Assembly (NCBI GenBank): GCA_951406725.2
Contig: OX597822.1
Location: 72,478,001-72,542,000, forward strand
Reading direction: 5' to 3'
Length of the DNA stretch: 64,000 nucleotides
Origin: Octopus vulgaris
Taxonomy: Eukaryota
Shown here piece by piece: positions 44,291 to 56,706 of this stretch. The translations under genes and the position numbers were made by a program. Within the stretch, counting starts at the first letter, position 1; every line of letters begins with the position of its first letter. Below the pieces are notes generated by a model. That model saw only the letters and a list, made by a program, of their open reading frames with translations, was not told the DNA's origin and searched no databases.

Positions 44291-44937
44291 ATCTTTAAGG
44301 CGCCAGTATAAAACTGGAGAGTTTTATATTCTGCCATAAACAATACTCCAGAGACATAACGCTTGAAAAGCGAGAAAAAACGCTTTAAAGGAAAATTTAT
44401 TTCTAACTTTGTTTCGTTTGTCAAATAACCGTTTTTACATTATTTTAGCGCCAAGAAACGGAACTCTGCTGTTTAATAGGTGAGATATGTAATTAAGATA
44501 GTTTAGCACGAATAAATAATCTCTAGCCTAACACAATTATTCGTTAAAAATAAAACGTTATGCATCGATATTGCTAATTTTGTATATCGCAAGAGTAATA
44601 ATCACCGGAAATTCATAAAGTCTATGGCCTAATTGTGAGTTAACTTGTATTTGCTAACTGAAAACAGAATATTTATTTAATTAAGGCTCTGTTGTTTGTT
44701 GAACTTTCATGACACTTGCAGGTTGCTTCAATTGGAAATATTTAAAAATATTTTATCATTGATTTTCACATGAAATTTTATATTGCCTGGTCAATTTATT
44801 GAAAATGTTATCAAAATCACGGACATTAATTTTATAAAAGAAAACAAATTAAGATTAAAGTATAAATCTTAATATCAATTTGAGGATGAAGTTTAATTTT
44901 ATTCTGTAGTTTTAACTACAATACTGAAAGATGGAAA

Positions 44938-44986
<49 letters not shown>

Positions 44987-46631
44987 ATAGAAATAAAAGT
45001 AAGCTTCTAGTTTTCTGTAACTTCAGCGCAACTTTGATTAACGGTTAAAGCTATCTCACTTCATAGCAACACTAGTATCATTGATAGAGATACACGCATC
45101 ACAAGTGAAGTGCATCCAAAATTTAAGCCCCTTCTTTAATAAAAAGAATAATCGTTGCCAATAAAACAGAAATTATGAGAGAACAATGTATCAAACAAGA
45201 CCAAAAAAAAAAAAGCCAAGGACTGTTATACACATATTAAACAACCATACTAGTCTTCATACACATTAGTAGTATAAAAGCAACGTATTAAATTTATAGC
45301 ATAAACGAAGAAAAAGAAACTAAGATAAACCAAACACTAATTTCAAATAAATTAGTGATTGTTCGCAGATTAACAAAATAAATACACAAAGAAATTAGAT
45401 ATCACAAACAGAAATATAATATCTTCAGCGAAGAAAATAAACGAAACAGTCAACCACCGACACTAATAAATAAGGTCCGAAAGAAATTTGAAACACCTGG
45501 GTCCGCGTACCACAAAGAAAATAAATAACATGTTCTGATTGTGCAAATACGTTCAAGCCACGAACATAGCATATTGGACGAGTCTTCTGTGTTTTATCGA
45601 GTAGAGCAATGTCTTTGAGCCGAATTAGGTGATTAGTTAAACGGAATCTGTTTGGAAAAACGTTACACACATGCACATACACCTATATACACAGTCATGC
45701 ATAATTCATACTGCGTATTCATCCGGAGATAACATCCCTCATGGACTTACCACCTCTGATGTATAATAAAACCTTAAAGACACCTACTGATATTGTAAAT
45801 AACCGCCCAACTGAATAAAAATCAGTTTTATGCAATAGAATCAGTATTAAATATCTGAAGTAAATCTGCCTTCTGATGTATTTGCATTAAGTATAATAAT
45901 TTAATACTGTTTCTATTGCAAATAACGGATTTTTATTCAATTAGTCGGCTATTCGCAATATCAGTGAATCTTTTTCACATTTTTCTCTATATCGAAGGTG
46001 GCAAAAGTTGTTTAAGCATGCGGTAGGCTTTTAGTAAACACCATTGACAAGGTCCAACGTGCCCAAAATACATCTAGCATTCTCGATAGCTGGGACAATT
46101 TTCGTTGCACCCCAAATACATGTTTTTTTAAAAAATGCAACGGGTCCACAAACTATGCTTTCTCGGGACGAATACTGTAGTACATATGCCTTACAACATT
46201 CTATTTTCATTATGTATGATAAATAGTTGGCTATTGTAATTTAATGATGCTTCTATTGGTACTATCTGCACAACGAATCAGTCATGCGCATTGCGTACGA
46301 AGACCAAACTCGAAACCACGAGGAAGGCCACTCACAACTAAATATTGGTATGCTTAATAATATACAGAATAAGGCATGGGTGAGTGGTTAGGGAGTTCGC
46401 TTTGCAATTACATGGTATCGAGTTCACTACCATTGTGCGACTGTTTGGGCAAGTGTCGTTTACAATATCTTGTGAGTGAGTTTGGCAGACATAATCTGTG
46501 TGGCAGCCCATTATATGTTGTGTATGCTTATGTGAGCGTTTGTGCCCTGTTTGCCTCCCCCACACCATATGACAACTAGTTTTGGTTTGTTTACGTCCTC
46601 GTTACATAAGGTTTCGACAAAAGTTATCAAT

Positions 46632-46750
46632 GCTTACTGCCATATCACGTTGAAAGCACCGGTTCTCGTCTGATCATCGAAGTTAAGCAACGTCGAGGCT
46701 AATTAGTACTTAGATGGGTGACCGCTTGAGAAACCTAGGTGCTGTAAGCG
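46632..46750 (+). rRNA. 5S rRNA gene copy (probably a dispersed pseudogene)
   Basis: GCTTACTGCCATATCACGTTGAAAGCACCGGTTCTCGTCTGATCATCGAAGTTAAGCAACG...TTAGTACTTAGATGGGTGACCGCTTGAGAA...GTGCTGTAAGC: full-length 119-nt metazoan 5S with GCTTAC/GTAAGC terminal helix; no T4 terminator; isolated. Confidence 0.92.
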
Positions 46751-46760
46751 TTACACATTT

Positions 46761-47274
<514 letters not shown>

Positions 47275-47439
47275 ATATGATGTGCCAAACTTTTAAAATG
47301 CGGAGTAGGGTTGATCTGTTCCACAATAAGTAAATATATAAGAATCCCTTCAAGGTCGTGACCTAGCATGGCCGCAGTCCAGTGACTGAGACAAGTAAAT
47401 GATTAAAGATATATTTACATATCTACAAGATATATGGAT

Positions 47440-47773
47440 ATATGGACATATCTACAAAGTAAGAAAACAGCACAGCTCCCATGACTTCAGGAAACATTTT
47501 TTCACGCTGAGAGTTGCTGAAGCATGGAACAAACTGCCGGCATCAGTTGTTAGTTGTCGGAGCACTGCATCCTTCAAAACTTCCATGCTTCCTGAGATTC
47601 GCCAACACTACACTTGATTTTCTCCCCTCCATACACACACAAGCATGTATCTGACTCATACATTGTTCGCTTTCCAGACATTTCTACATTACTGCATGTA
47701 CTTTATATGCACTTTCTGACAAGTTGTGGTGCACCTGAGCAGTGTATACAATTAATTTCATTATCATTATTAT
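47440..47773 (+). mobile_element. CR1-like LINE 3' end
   Basis: GHIYKVRKQHSSHDFRKHFFTLRVAEAWNKLPASVV...FK, stop, 3' UTR and ATT-type tail. Confidence 0.85.
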
Positions 47774-49029
47774 AAATAAACATCAGCGTATATCAATTAA
47801 AGACCAGCAAGAAATAAACTCTATCTGAAACAATATGGAAAACAGAAATCTAGATGAATGACCAACTCTTAAGTACAAGAGGACAAACATTAACGGTGAT
47901 AAAAAGTAACTGCAACGAACGCCTTCCCAGGACGTTATATTTAGGTTAGTAAATGCAAGACCCAATGGGCTAAATCATCTGAATTACTCGGCAGATATAA
48001 ATTATAGAATGAAAAGAATACGTTCCTGTCTCATTGAAATAGAAATGGAACGTACGAAATAATGAAACAAAGCATTTATTAAGATGGCTACAAAGAAAGG
48101 TAAGTGATAATGGAACTAACAGAAAGATTAGACAATTAATCCTAGCAATGATTTAAAAGACATAATCTGGAATAAAAGCCTCTTGTAGGATGTAATTGAA
48201 ATGTATATCAAAATTGTCTATTGAGATATCCGTGAAAAATCCATAACATCGGATGGAAAACCAACAACGATAAGATGAAATTATACTGGCAGCAAATTTT
48301 GAATGAAAATATACAGCATAATAAGGACCTTGTAAAATACAAGGGAGAGCATTCATTGTCTAACATGACTTAAGAAAATAAAGTTTTATATTTGGTGCCC
48401 ATATTGCAGAGATTTTGCTTGGCTCACAACATGCAAATCTTCGAACTACATCTTTCTATTCTTCCAAGCTCACTACGACATATACACACACACGCATACA
48501 TACACACCCTTCACAAGCGAACACACACACATATATATATATACACATGAACCTACGCAAAAACACATACATATACACACACACACCATGTACGGAAGCA
48601 CCCAGAATCACTTCTAGTTAACAATGTCACTGCCATTACTTTCAGTACTCACCCTCATCAGACTTTTCTGTTGCCCACTCTTTCCTCCATTCTGCAAGGA
48701 TACATGTATGTTCTAGGCTTTGGGAACACGCTTCAATATACTTCATTCTCTCTAACCCTGTTGACGGACTACTAAAACGCAGACGGTTATTAACAAAATT
48801 CGACTCGCTCCTTCTTTTAAGTATTCGTAATTACAGCTTATATAAATCAGATTCACTTGTGGCAAATCATTGCAACCTATCTCGTACACATACATTTTGG
48901 TAAAAATTCCCATCTATAGGCTTCATGCATCTCTCATTTCTTGTAGCCATAACAGTTCCTTTAACCTACAATTTATAAAAACCTAGCGTGGCCCAAAGTT
49001 CCGTTTTCATCAATAACTCCTTTGACATC

Positions 49030-49432
49030 ACCTTAGAATATTCCACTTATTATGTTCTCTCTTCCAAGTTTTTTCTTTCCACCGATCACTTGTGTCTTCC
49101 AGTGTTTCATACTTTCATTGATTATTTTCTCTATGTTTTTTTTTCTATTCCAAACATGCTCATTGTTTTACTTATCCAACTGTGTGTTACTATGTAATAT
49201 GCATTATTGTAACTTTGCCATGCTGCATTCAGTCCCGTCAATCTGCGTCTATAATTTCTAATTATCATTTTATCAACTCATAAATTATCTTTTTTTGCTC
49301 TACTTTGTTCCTGTATCCTTTCTGTTCTTCTGGAAGTAGGTTGTTACTTTCCAGATGGTTGTATAACTCTTCCGCCAAGACACCGGTCATAAGCTTCCAC
49401 ATTAGTGGTAGACAGGTTTTAGGTCGAAAATT
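49030..49432 (-). mobile_element. Decayed R4/Dong-clade LINE reverse transcriptase fragment
   Basis: [40 protein letters not shown]...VDKMII...LNAAW...VTHSWI...MFGI...ESMKHWKT...GIF*GD; not in the ORF track because of frameshifts. Confidence 0.85.
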
Positions 49433-49724
49433 TAACGCAAGTTCTCATCGAAAGGATCCTTGAGGGATAGCAGCATTCGTCTATTATCATATTGATTATT
49501 AGTATTTGTTCTTTTGGGGACAGCTAGGATTTCGAGATTGGCACTTCGGTGTTGAATGCCTTCCGCGATAATTAACAACTGATTATAAAAGCTTATGACC
49601 TGAGGAAAGAGACCCTGTGAGATCTCTGACAACCGCCAGTTGTCCGCCCTCGCAGAATCAGCCAGAGCAAATAAGACCGAGCGCTCTGAGAAATAAAACT
49701 ACAATAATAATAGTTGTAATAATT

Positions 49725-50109
49725 ATTTCTACTGGAAGCGCAAGGCCTCAAATTCTGGGGAAGAGGTTAAGTCGATTACATCGATCCCAGTGTGTAACTA
49801 ACATTATTTAATCGACTGCGAAAGGATGAAAGGCAAAGTCAACCTCTTCAGAATTTGAACTCATAGCATAAAGGCAGACGAAATACCTATTTCTTTACTA
49901 CCCACAAGGGGCTAAACACAGACGGGACAAACAAGGAAAAACGGACGGATTAAGTCGAATACATCGTAACTGGTACTTATTTAATCGACCCCGAAAGGAT
50001 GAAAGGCAAAGTCGACCTCGGCGGAATTTGAACTCAGAAAGCAGTGGCGGACGAAATAGCACAAAGCATTTCGCCCGGCGTGCTAACGTTTCTACCAACT
50101 CACCGCCTT
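49725..50109 (-). mobile_element. SINE A: one head plus two tandem bodies
   Basis: Junction GCAGACGAAATACCTATTTCTTTACTACCCAC at about 49874-49905. Confidence 0.85.
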
Positions 50110-50244
50110 AATGATAATTGTAATAATGGTAATGATTTTATATACATTTATACATACGCAAAACAATCTAACTACACATGTATGTATTTGAGCGTGCGCT
50201 CGCGTCGTATCATGTGTTATCGGCGTAGAATGCAGCAACAACAA

Positions 50245-50610
50245 GTGGAGGCACAATGGCCCAATGGTTAGGGCAGCGGACTCGCGGTCGGAGGATTGCA
50301 GTTTCGATTCCCAGATCGGGCGTTGTGTGTGTTTATTGAGCGAAAACACCTAAAGCTCCACGAGGCTCCGGCATGGGGTGGTGGCGAACCCTGTTGTACT
50401 TTTTCGCTACAAATTTCTCTCACTCTTTCTTCCTGTTTCTTGTCCCCGACTTCCTACGCAACCACTGAGCCTGGATACGCATTCATCCATCCGTCGATGC
50501 TCTCTGTGTCGGGGGTTGACCTGCTTTTTCTTCTGTGGGTCTTAGGAATAGCAAAGGACCACGTTTTGGACTTCTCCCAAGGGGACGAAGACCGCTTCGC
50601 TCAACAGCAA
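50245..50610 (+). mobile_element. tRNA-derived SINE, fourth family, with (CAA/CAG) tail
   Basis: TGGCCCAATGGTTAG A box, GTTTCGATTCCC B box, GTTGTGTGTGTTTATTGAGC core-like segment; CAA-type repeats on both sides. Confidence 0.7.
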
Positions 50611-51210
50611 CAGCAACATCAGCAACAACTTGGGAATAACCTTGGGAACACGATGTCGTCTCCTGGTGACTAAAAGCTGCTAGGGTTTTTTTTTTTTGGT
50701 AAATAGCCTATTAATTTATTCTAACATTTTCAGCTACGAAAGTTCGTTTCCAGTTTTCTATAAAATATAGGACGATTTTATTATGAATATCATTGCTATT
50801 TAATTTGATTATCTAATCAGATATATTATCACGATACAATGAAATAATAATAAAAGTTCCTGCAATAACCTATATACTGTCTATATCCCTTTATCTCATT
50901 TATGTGGCCATGAAAGTAAGAACTGTCTTAGAAAATGAGGATAATTAAATTGCGCTAATGCTTCTATCGTAAAAAAGTCCTTAGAATTAATGTTGTGTCA
51001 ATGTAAATGGACGAGAAAGGGAGAAGAATGGAATAATTTGCTTTGTTGATAAATTGTTTCTGAAATGCATGGTAAATGCATGGAAACCTTCACTCACCAT
51101 AATAGAGTTGTTAACGTACGAGTATGAGTAGTGGGGTTAATAAGAGCATTACTAACCACAAATTACAATTAAAAAGTTCTTTTCTCGAATTCAGTCAAAT
51201 AAGTTTTACT

Positions 51211-51274
51211 TATCCTGATGAGAGACCCTCGATGAAACTGATAACTTCATCGGAATTTAGTCTACATGTAAATA
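51211..51274 (+). ncRNA. Decayed hammerhead-like motif
   Basis: TATC-CTGATGA-G-AGAC-[hairpin CGATGAA/TTCATCG]-GTCT-(CGAA missing)-ACATGT-A. Confidence 0.35.
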
Positions 51275-51379
51275 TTTGATGGCGATATTCTCTTAAGATG
51301 AGTAATCTTAAAATATATAATGTTATTTGCAAAATCTCATATCATGCGCTTAGATATATCAACTATTTTCGCACTTATA

Positions 51380-51910
51380 CATGTACACATCATCGATTTC
51401 TCATATAATAGTATTATAGAGCACGCGATATTTTCGAAAGATGTGTTGAACGCAAACGTCACATCTCAACATGTGCTTAACAATAACATCGTTTCAAACA
51501 TTTTAAAGTCGTTTCGCATGACTTGGATCGGTAATTTTCTGTCAGATCTTGCAGATACAATGTTTTCAAATATTTTGTTTTTTTCTCAATATATTCATTA
51601 GATCTCCACACTCTTCCTTCTAAACATTTAACGTCATCTCGAACAACGACCCACTTCGTAACACTTAACATACAAACATCAACGTCGTGCAATATATTTA
51701 AGCATCCCACGACAACCTTGTGCCAATTTCACGAATACAGATTCCGACAACATCCTAGAAAAGGGCTACATCAACGTTGTCTATTTGAACTGTTTAAATA
51801 CGGTTCATATCAAGGAAAACAATCTTGTACAACACACCTTAATTACGTTCAATATACAACTAAAGCCTTCAAAATCAATACAAATGCAAGCGCTTGGTGT
51901 TTGCATAAAG
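51380..51910 (+). mobile_element. Possible ancient CR1/L2 RT remnants
   Basis: TWIGNFLSD and NILEKGYINVVYLN...LVQHTLITFNIQ weakly resemble RT segments. Confidence 0.35.
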
Positions 51911-52269
51911 GTAAGAGTATGACATTGTGGTGATATCTGTGCATAAGACTGTATGCATTTCTCAGAGTTTGAGAAGGTTGTTTAGTTATGGACTGAAAAT
52001 GATAGGCTTGAAGACGGATCTCTGTGGTATTCTATTCCGTGAGTTGACTTAAATACAAGTGAAATCTGAAGTGACCCCAGTCAACTGGATTTTGTTGAAG
52101 ATGGGGAAAAAACCTTAAATACGAGTAAGATAACTGATTCACATAACTCTCTTAAAATGTAACATTTCTGAAGTTTTTTTTAGCATTCACATTAACGTTT
52201 TGGCCAACAGAAAAAAACCCATCAGATCGATCATGGGTTATACTAGAGCTTTCCATCCCATTGTCTTTC

Positions 52270-52505
52270 CACAAACAGACAATAAGCAGGAAAGAATACA
52301 AATCGGCACACTGTACAACATGACAGGTTGTACATAGACCGTGCATGCAACAGAATGAAAGTACTGGAACGAAAGACTACAGAATTATGCCACGGGTACA
52401 GTTTGATACAACAGCATGCCTCTATCTCCTTACATTCACAATCACTGTAAGAAAAACCATTTCGAAACCCCAGGCATATATACAACATCAAAGAGCATCA
52501 CTATA
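52270..52505 (+). mobile_element. Possible ancient Helitron helicase remnant
   Basis: TLYNMT and RIMPRVQF...LTFTI...AY weakly resemble Pif1-like LCNGT / IPRI..LPF...AYAMT motifs. Confidence 0.25.
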
Positions 52506-53949
52506 CATAACAAAATACAATATCTCCGCTTTTCATCCTATAGATGAGCACATGGGTACAGAAATAACAGCAAAATAAACAGACTAAATAGAGTCTGATT
52601 TTTGCTGAAGTGCTTACTGCCCTTAATAAACGTAGAGGGTAAGCAACTGGCACATTTTGACAGATTCCACTTAGCTGACTTCAGATATAACCAACACTAT
52701 AATCTGCAGGTTTAATGTTATGTACTTGACAGCGGAACATATCCAGTGGAGTTTGTCGTGTAATCTTAGGGACTACAAGACGTGTTCAGTATTGTTTTCG
52801 TTCCGAGCGAAATAATTCATAGAATTGAATATACCCAGCTATATTCTACAATAACTGGGAGGATGAAAGGAATATAAAATGCACCATATTATGCAATGGC
52901 AAATATTAGAACTCACATAAATACGTATGTGTTGACATATATGCGTAAACAACCACACAGAGAATTATACATTTGGAAATATTTAAGTCGCTCCACTTGT
53001 ATCACAAATGAACGAAGAAAGTAATAAAGAAATGAAATAACAAAAATGATATAAAACTATAATTTCAATATGATTTCTCTAAGATATTTCATTTCTGACA
53101 TTTCAAGAGAACCATGTTGTCAATTGCTTAATTTACTTTTATTCTATTTCAAGGTTTTATTCTCCACCTTCAATAAAAATCAATTGACTGGAATCACTTC
53201 TAATTAAACTTATTTTTCATATCAACACTCACAAGTGAACAGTCTAACTTGTATTCTTTCCCCGTCAGTAATTTTGCAAAGAAATGTAAAACGAAAGAAA
53301 GAATATATAGCAATGGAAAGGTTTATGAAGAATTTTGCAATGGATTCTTTATTCAAATGTTTTCATAATGGACACTTTACCCTTGAGAGGTGGAAAACGA
53401 AAATAGTAATTTCAAGATATTTGATTTGATTCTAAAAATATTTTAATTGAAAATTTTAAAATAATGTATTTCTCTGTACATGAAAATGAAGTAAATATGT
53501 TATTACTTTGTAAAGGAAAAGGGAAAGAAACTGTCAGCTTAAAAGGATTTTTACAAATCTTGAAAATAAATTGTTATATCAAATTTAAGCAAGACCTTGT
53601 CATTTAATGTGAATTCTATTGTAAGACACAAAGCCGGTCAGCGCCATTGCTTATCTTTGCTATCTCAGTAAAATTGCGTTTTGATAAGTAAAATAAATAT
53701 TATATAATAGAGCAATGAAACCATTTAAATTGTCGCAGTGATTTCTCTAGAATATAATGCAATCATTTTTTTCTTATGCTACAATGAACCAACTTAATGC
53801 CAGGTAGAGCTATATCTATGCTTGATCAATAGCTGATCAAGAAATCCTTACTTACATATACAACAAATTTCATACAAAGTAATATACTGACTAGCTGTTA
53901 TAACTCTACTTCTTTTACATCAAATATTACGCTATCATCAGTTAATAGT

Positions 53950-54650
53950 ACTTTCTACTATAGCCACAAAGCCAGAAATTCTGGGGCGCACATGCGCAAC
54001 TAGTACTTCATTTTATCAACACTGAAAGGTTGAAGGGCAAAGTCGACCTCGGTGGAATTTGAACTTAGAAGGTTAAGACCGACGAAATGCCAGCTTGCCG
54101 TCGTATCATCAGTTTATGATGAAATCCAAAATCTGTTTTCTATACATTATCAAAAGAAACTAGCATAATGATTCATTCCAACAGAGTATTAATAGGTTGG
54201 TCAGAGAGTTAAGCAAGATAATTTACTTAATTAGCAAACAATTATACCCCATGCTGAAGAGCAAAAATTTATTATAAAAACGATTTAATCTGGCCAAGAA
54301 TGACAGATGAGGAAACATGGAATATAAATTCTTTAAGCTTAATTATAGAACGTAATGGGGAGTGTGTCTGTTCTTTGGTTGTACTGTGGCGACTCCAGAT
54401 TGTACTGGGAATATTCCAGGCATGCTTCAGCCTTAATACGGCTTTTGAGTTTAACACAGAAATCTTAGAATGAGTATAGAAGAATAATATATAGCGCACA
54501 AATGAATGTAAAATAACTCTCTGAAATAGGCACAAAGTCTAGAATTTTGGAGTAACGGGCAAGTCGATAATATTGAAACAAGTGCTCGGCTGGTACTTAT
54601 TTTATTGGATCGAAAGAGTGAAAGGTCAAGTCAATCAATCTCGGAATCGT
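53950..54650 (-). mobile_element. Two diverged SINE A fragments (53950-54100, 54525-54650)
   Basis: GGCAAAGTCGACCTCGGTGGAATTTGAACT; AGGCACAAAGTCTAGAATTTTGG...CTGGTACTTATTTTAT. Confidence 0.7.
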
Positions 54651-55457
54651 TAAAATTTACGTAAAAAGTCCCAAGTTCATCTGAGTGTTTTCCATCATAA
54701 GCATCCAGATAGGTAATAGATATAAGTCCTGTCATACTTTACAAATAATTTCTGTAAAGATTCTTCATTTGCTTTTAATCAAAGGTTTTCCTGAAGAATA
54801 AAACAATGCTAAAACATACATTCTGACTTTCATCACTGTTTGGATGACACTAACCCATATCACCTCTGCATAAGCCATGGCACGTGATAACTAAAGACAT
54901 AACAAAAGTAATTTTACATTATATGAACCATTCATTTTACTGTCCAGTCACAAAAGCCACAGATGAAATGAAACTATCTTTTGGATCGATCAATCTTACT
55001 GTCAAAATGTCACACGCTTAAATCAGGTAAATACAAAACTATATCATGTTCCTGTCACTTTGACTAAAATAAAATAAATGAACAGGTTCTTGTAAATTTC
55101 CAACTTTGCGTGCTTTCTTTAGTTTCCCAATAAATCTTTCGGTCACACAGATGTACTGGCTGATGGTATCTGAGATAATTATTGATACATACATACTAGT
55201 TAATAGCTAGTTAACTATAGATTTTTATAGGTAAAAAGAAAAAAAATTGGGGAACGTACCAAGTCACTTATATCGTAATCAGTTTTGAAGTAGTATTTCA
55301 TCAAATTATTCTTAATAAATACGAAAAGTTTTGGTCTGGCATTCTACAGTTTTTGTTCTTCCACCGCCCTTATTAGCATAATAAATGCTTCTAATTAAGG
55401 TAAAAATCCAACCATTTTGTTGCTGATATACCGTCACGTAGTAGTTCGACGAATGGG

Positions 55458-55786
55458 AGACCCCCTTCGGTCATGAATGACCATGGTATTGCACCTAGAA
55501 AGTTACTCTCCGAGGCACAAGTCCAGGCAAGGTTGTTCATGGAAAGCCAGCAGTCGCCCATGCATACCAGCCTCCCCTCTCCACACAACTGATGTTATCC
55601 AAGGGAAACGCAAAGGCCGATGCAGCTTGGCACAAGTGACGTCGCAACTCATTTCTACAGCTGAGTTTACTGGAGCAACGTGAAATAAATTGTCCTGCTC
55701 AAGAACACAACACGCAGCCCGGTGCGGGAATCGATCTCACAACCTCGCGATCGTAAGCTCGACGCTCTAACCACTTAGCCATGCGC
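55458..55786 (-). mobile_element. Full-length SINE C
   Basis: Reverse complement of 30966-31295. Confidence 0.9.
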
Positions 55787-55934
55787 GTTCACAGATCGAC
55801 CTATACTCATTAATGTTTAACATTAGAATAAATATTAGAAATGTTGTATGGACGATTTCTCCGATTTCATTCCATAGCTTGGAGCGTGATACAGAAACTA
55901 TGGAGATACAGTTGCATACATATATAGCTTTTTT

Positions 55935-56060
55935 CTGTCGAGGTCGACTTTTCTTTTCATCCTTTCGGGGTCGACAAATTACGTACCAGTTGCATACTGG
56001 GGTCGATATAATCAACTGGCCCCCTCCCTCACAATTTCGGGCATTGTGCCTAGAGTAAAA
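55935..56060 (+). mobile_element. SINE A 3' half
   Basis: CGAGGTCGACTTT...CATCCTTTCGGGGTCGA...TTGTGCCTAGAGTA. Confidence 0.8.
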
Positions 56061-56299
56061 AAGTATAAATATATAGCTTTTACTAGAATAGCTATTTTGT
56101 ATTATTCAAATGCAAGAATCTACTGATATATCTCATGAGAGTTTTATAGTTCCTATCACACCAGAGAGATTGTTTAAATACAAGGGTAACCACGTTTAAT
56201 TAATAAACATTTCAACGACTTAGAGACAGGAAATTAAAAATCTAGCATTAGTAAGATGTGTAGAAGCGACTAACCCGTTTTAGATGGAATAAGATCTGC

Positions 56300-56450
56300 A
56301 TTGTTTATATTTGACGGATATTTGTCCTCATCTTGTTTGTTGTTAACACAACGTTTCGGCTGATATAACCTCCTGCTTCATCAGGTGTCTTGGGGAAATT
56401 TCGAACCCGGGTTCTCATTCAAAGGTATTTTTCGGTGTTGTTATTATTAC

Positions 56451-56484
<34 letters not shown>

Positions 56485-56500
56485 GTTATTATTATTATTA

Positions 56501-56539
<39 letters not shown>

Positions 56540-56706
56540 TCACTGCCTGGAATCGAACTCGGAACCTTGGGGTTAGTAGCCCGCGCTCTTAACCACTACG
56601 CCATATGTCCACGGGCATATGGAGTAGTGGTTAAGAAAAAACAAGATGAGAACAAATATCCGTCAAATGTAAATAATGTACATAATTCCTCATCTCTTAA
56701 ATATAG
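56300..56706 (-). mobile_element. tRNA-headed element with hammerhead ribozyme, copy 2, plus inverted partial duplication
   Basis: Minus strand: tRNA-like head 56538-56610 (TGGCGTAGTGG, GTTCGATTC), (AAT)n, hammerhead, tail; 56612-56706 is an inverted head start fused to an inverted tail. Confidence 0.85.
56345..56390 (-). ncRNA. Type I hammerhead ribozyme motif
   Basis: AGACAC-CTGATGA-AGCAGGAGGTTATATCAGCC-GAAA-CG-TT-GTGTT; stem I GACAC/GTGTT; GUU triplet; stem II 5' strand mutated. Confidence 0.75.

Noticed and set aside
48630-48670. Minus-strand CTGATGA-GGGTGAGTACT-GAAA
   Set aside because: No stem III, UH site or stem I partner
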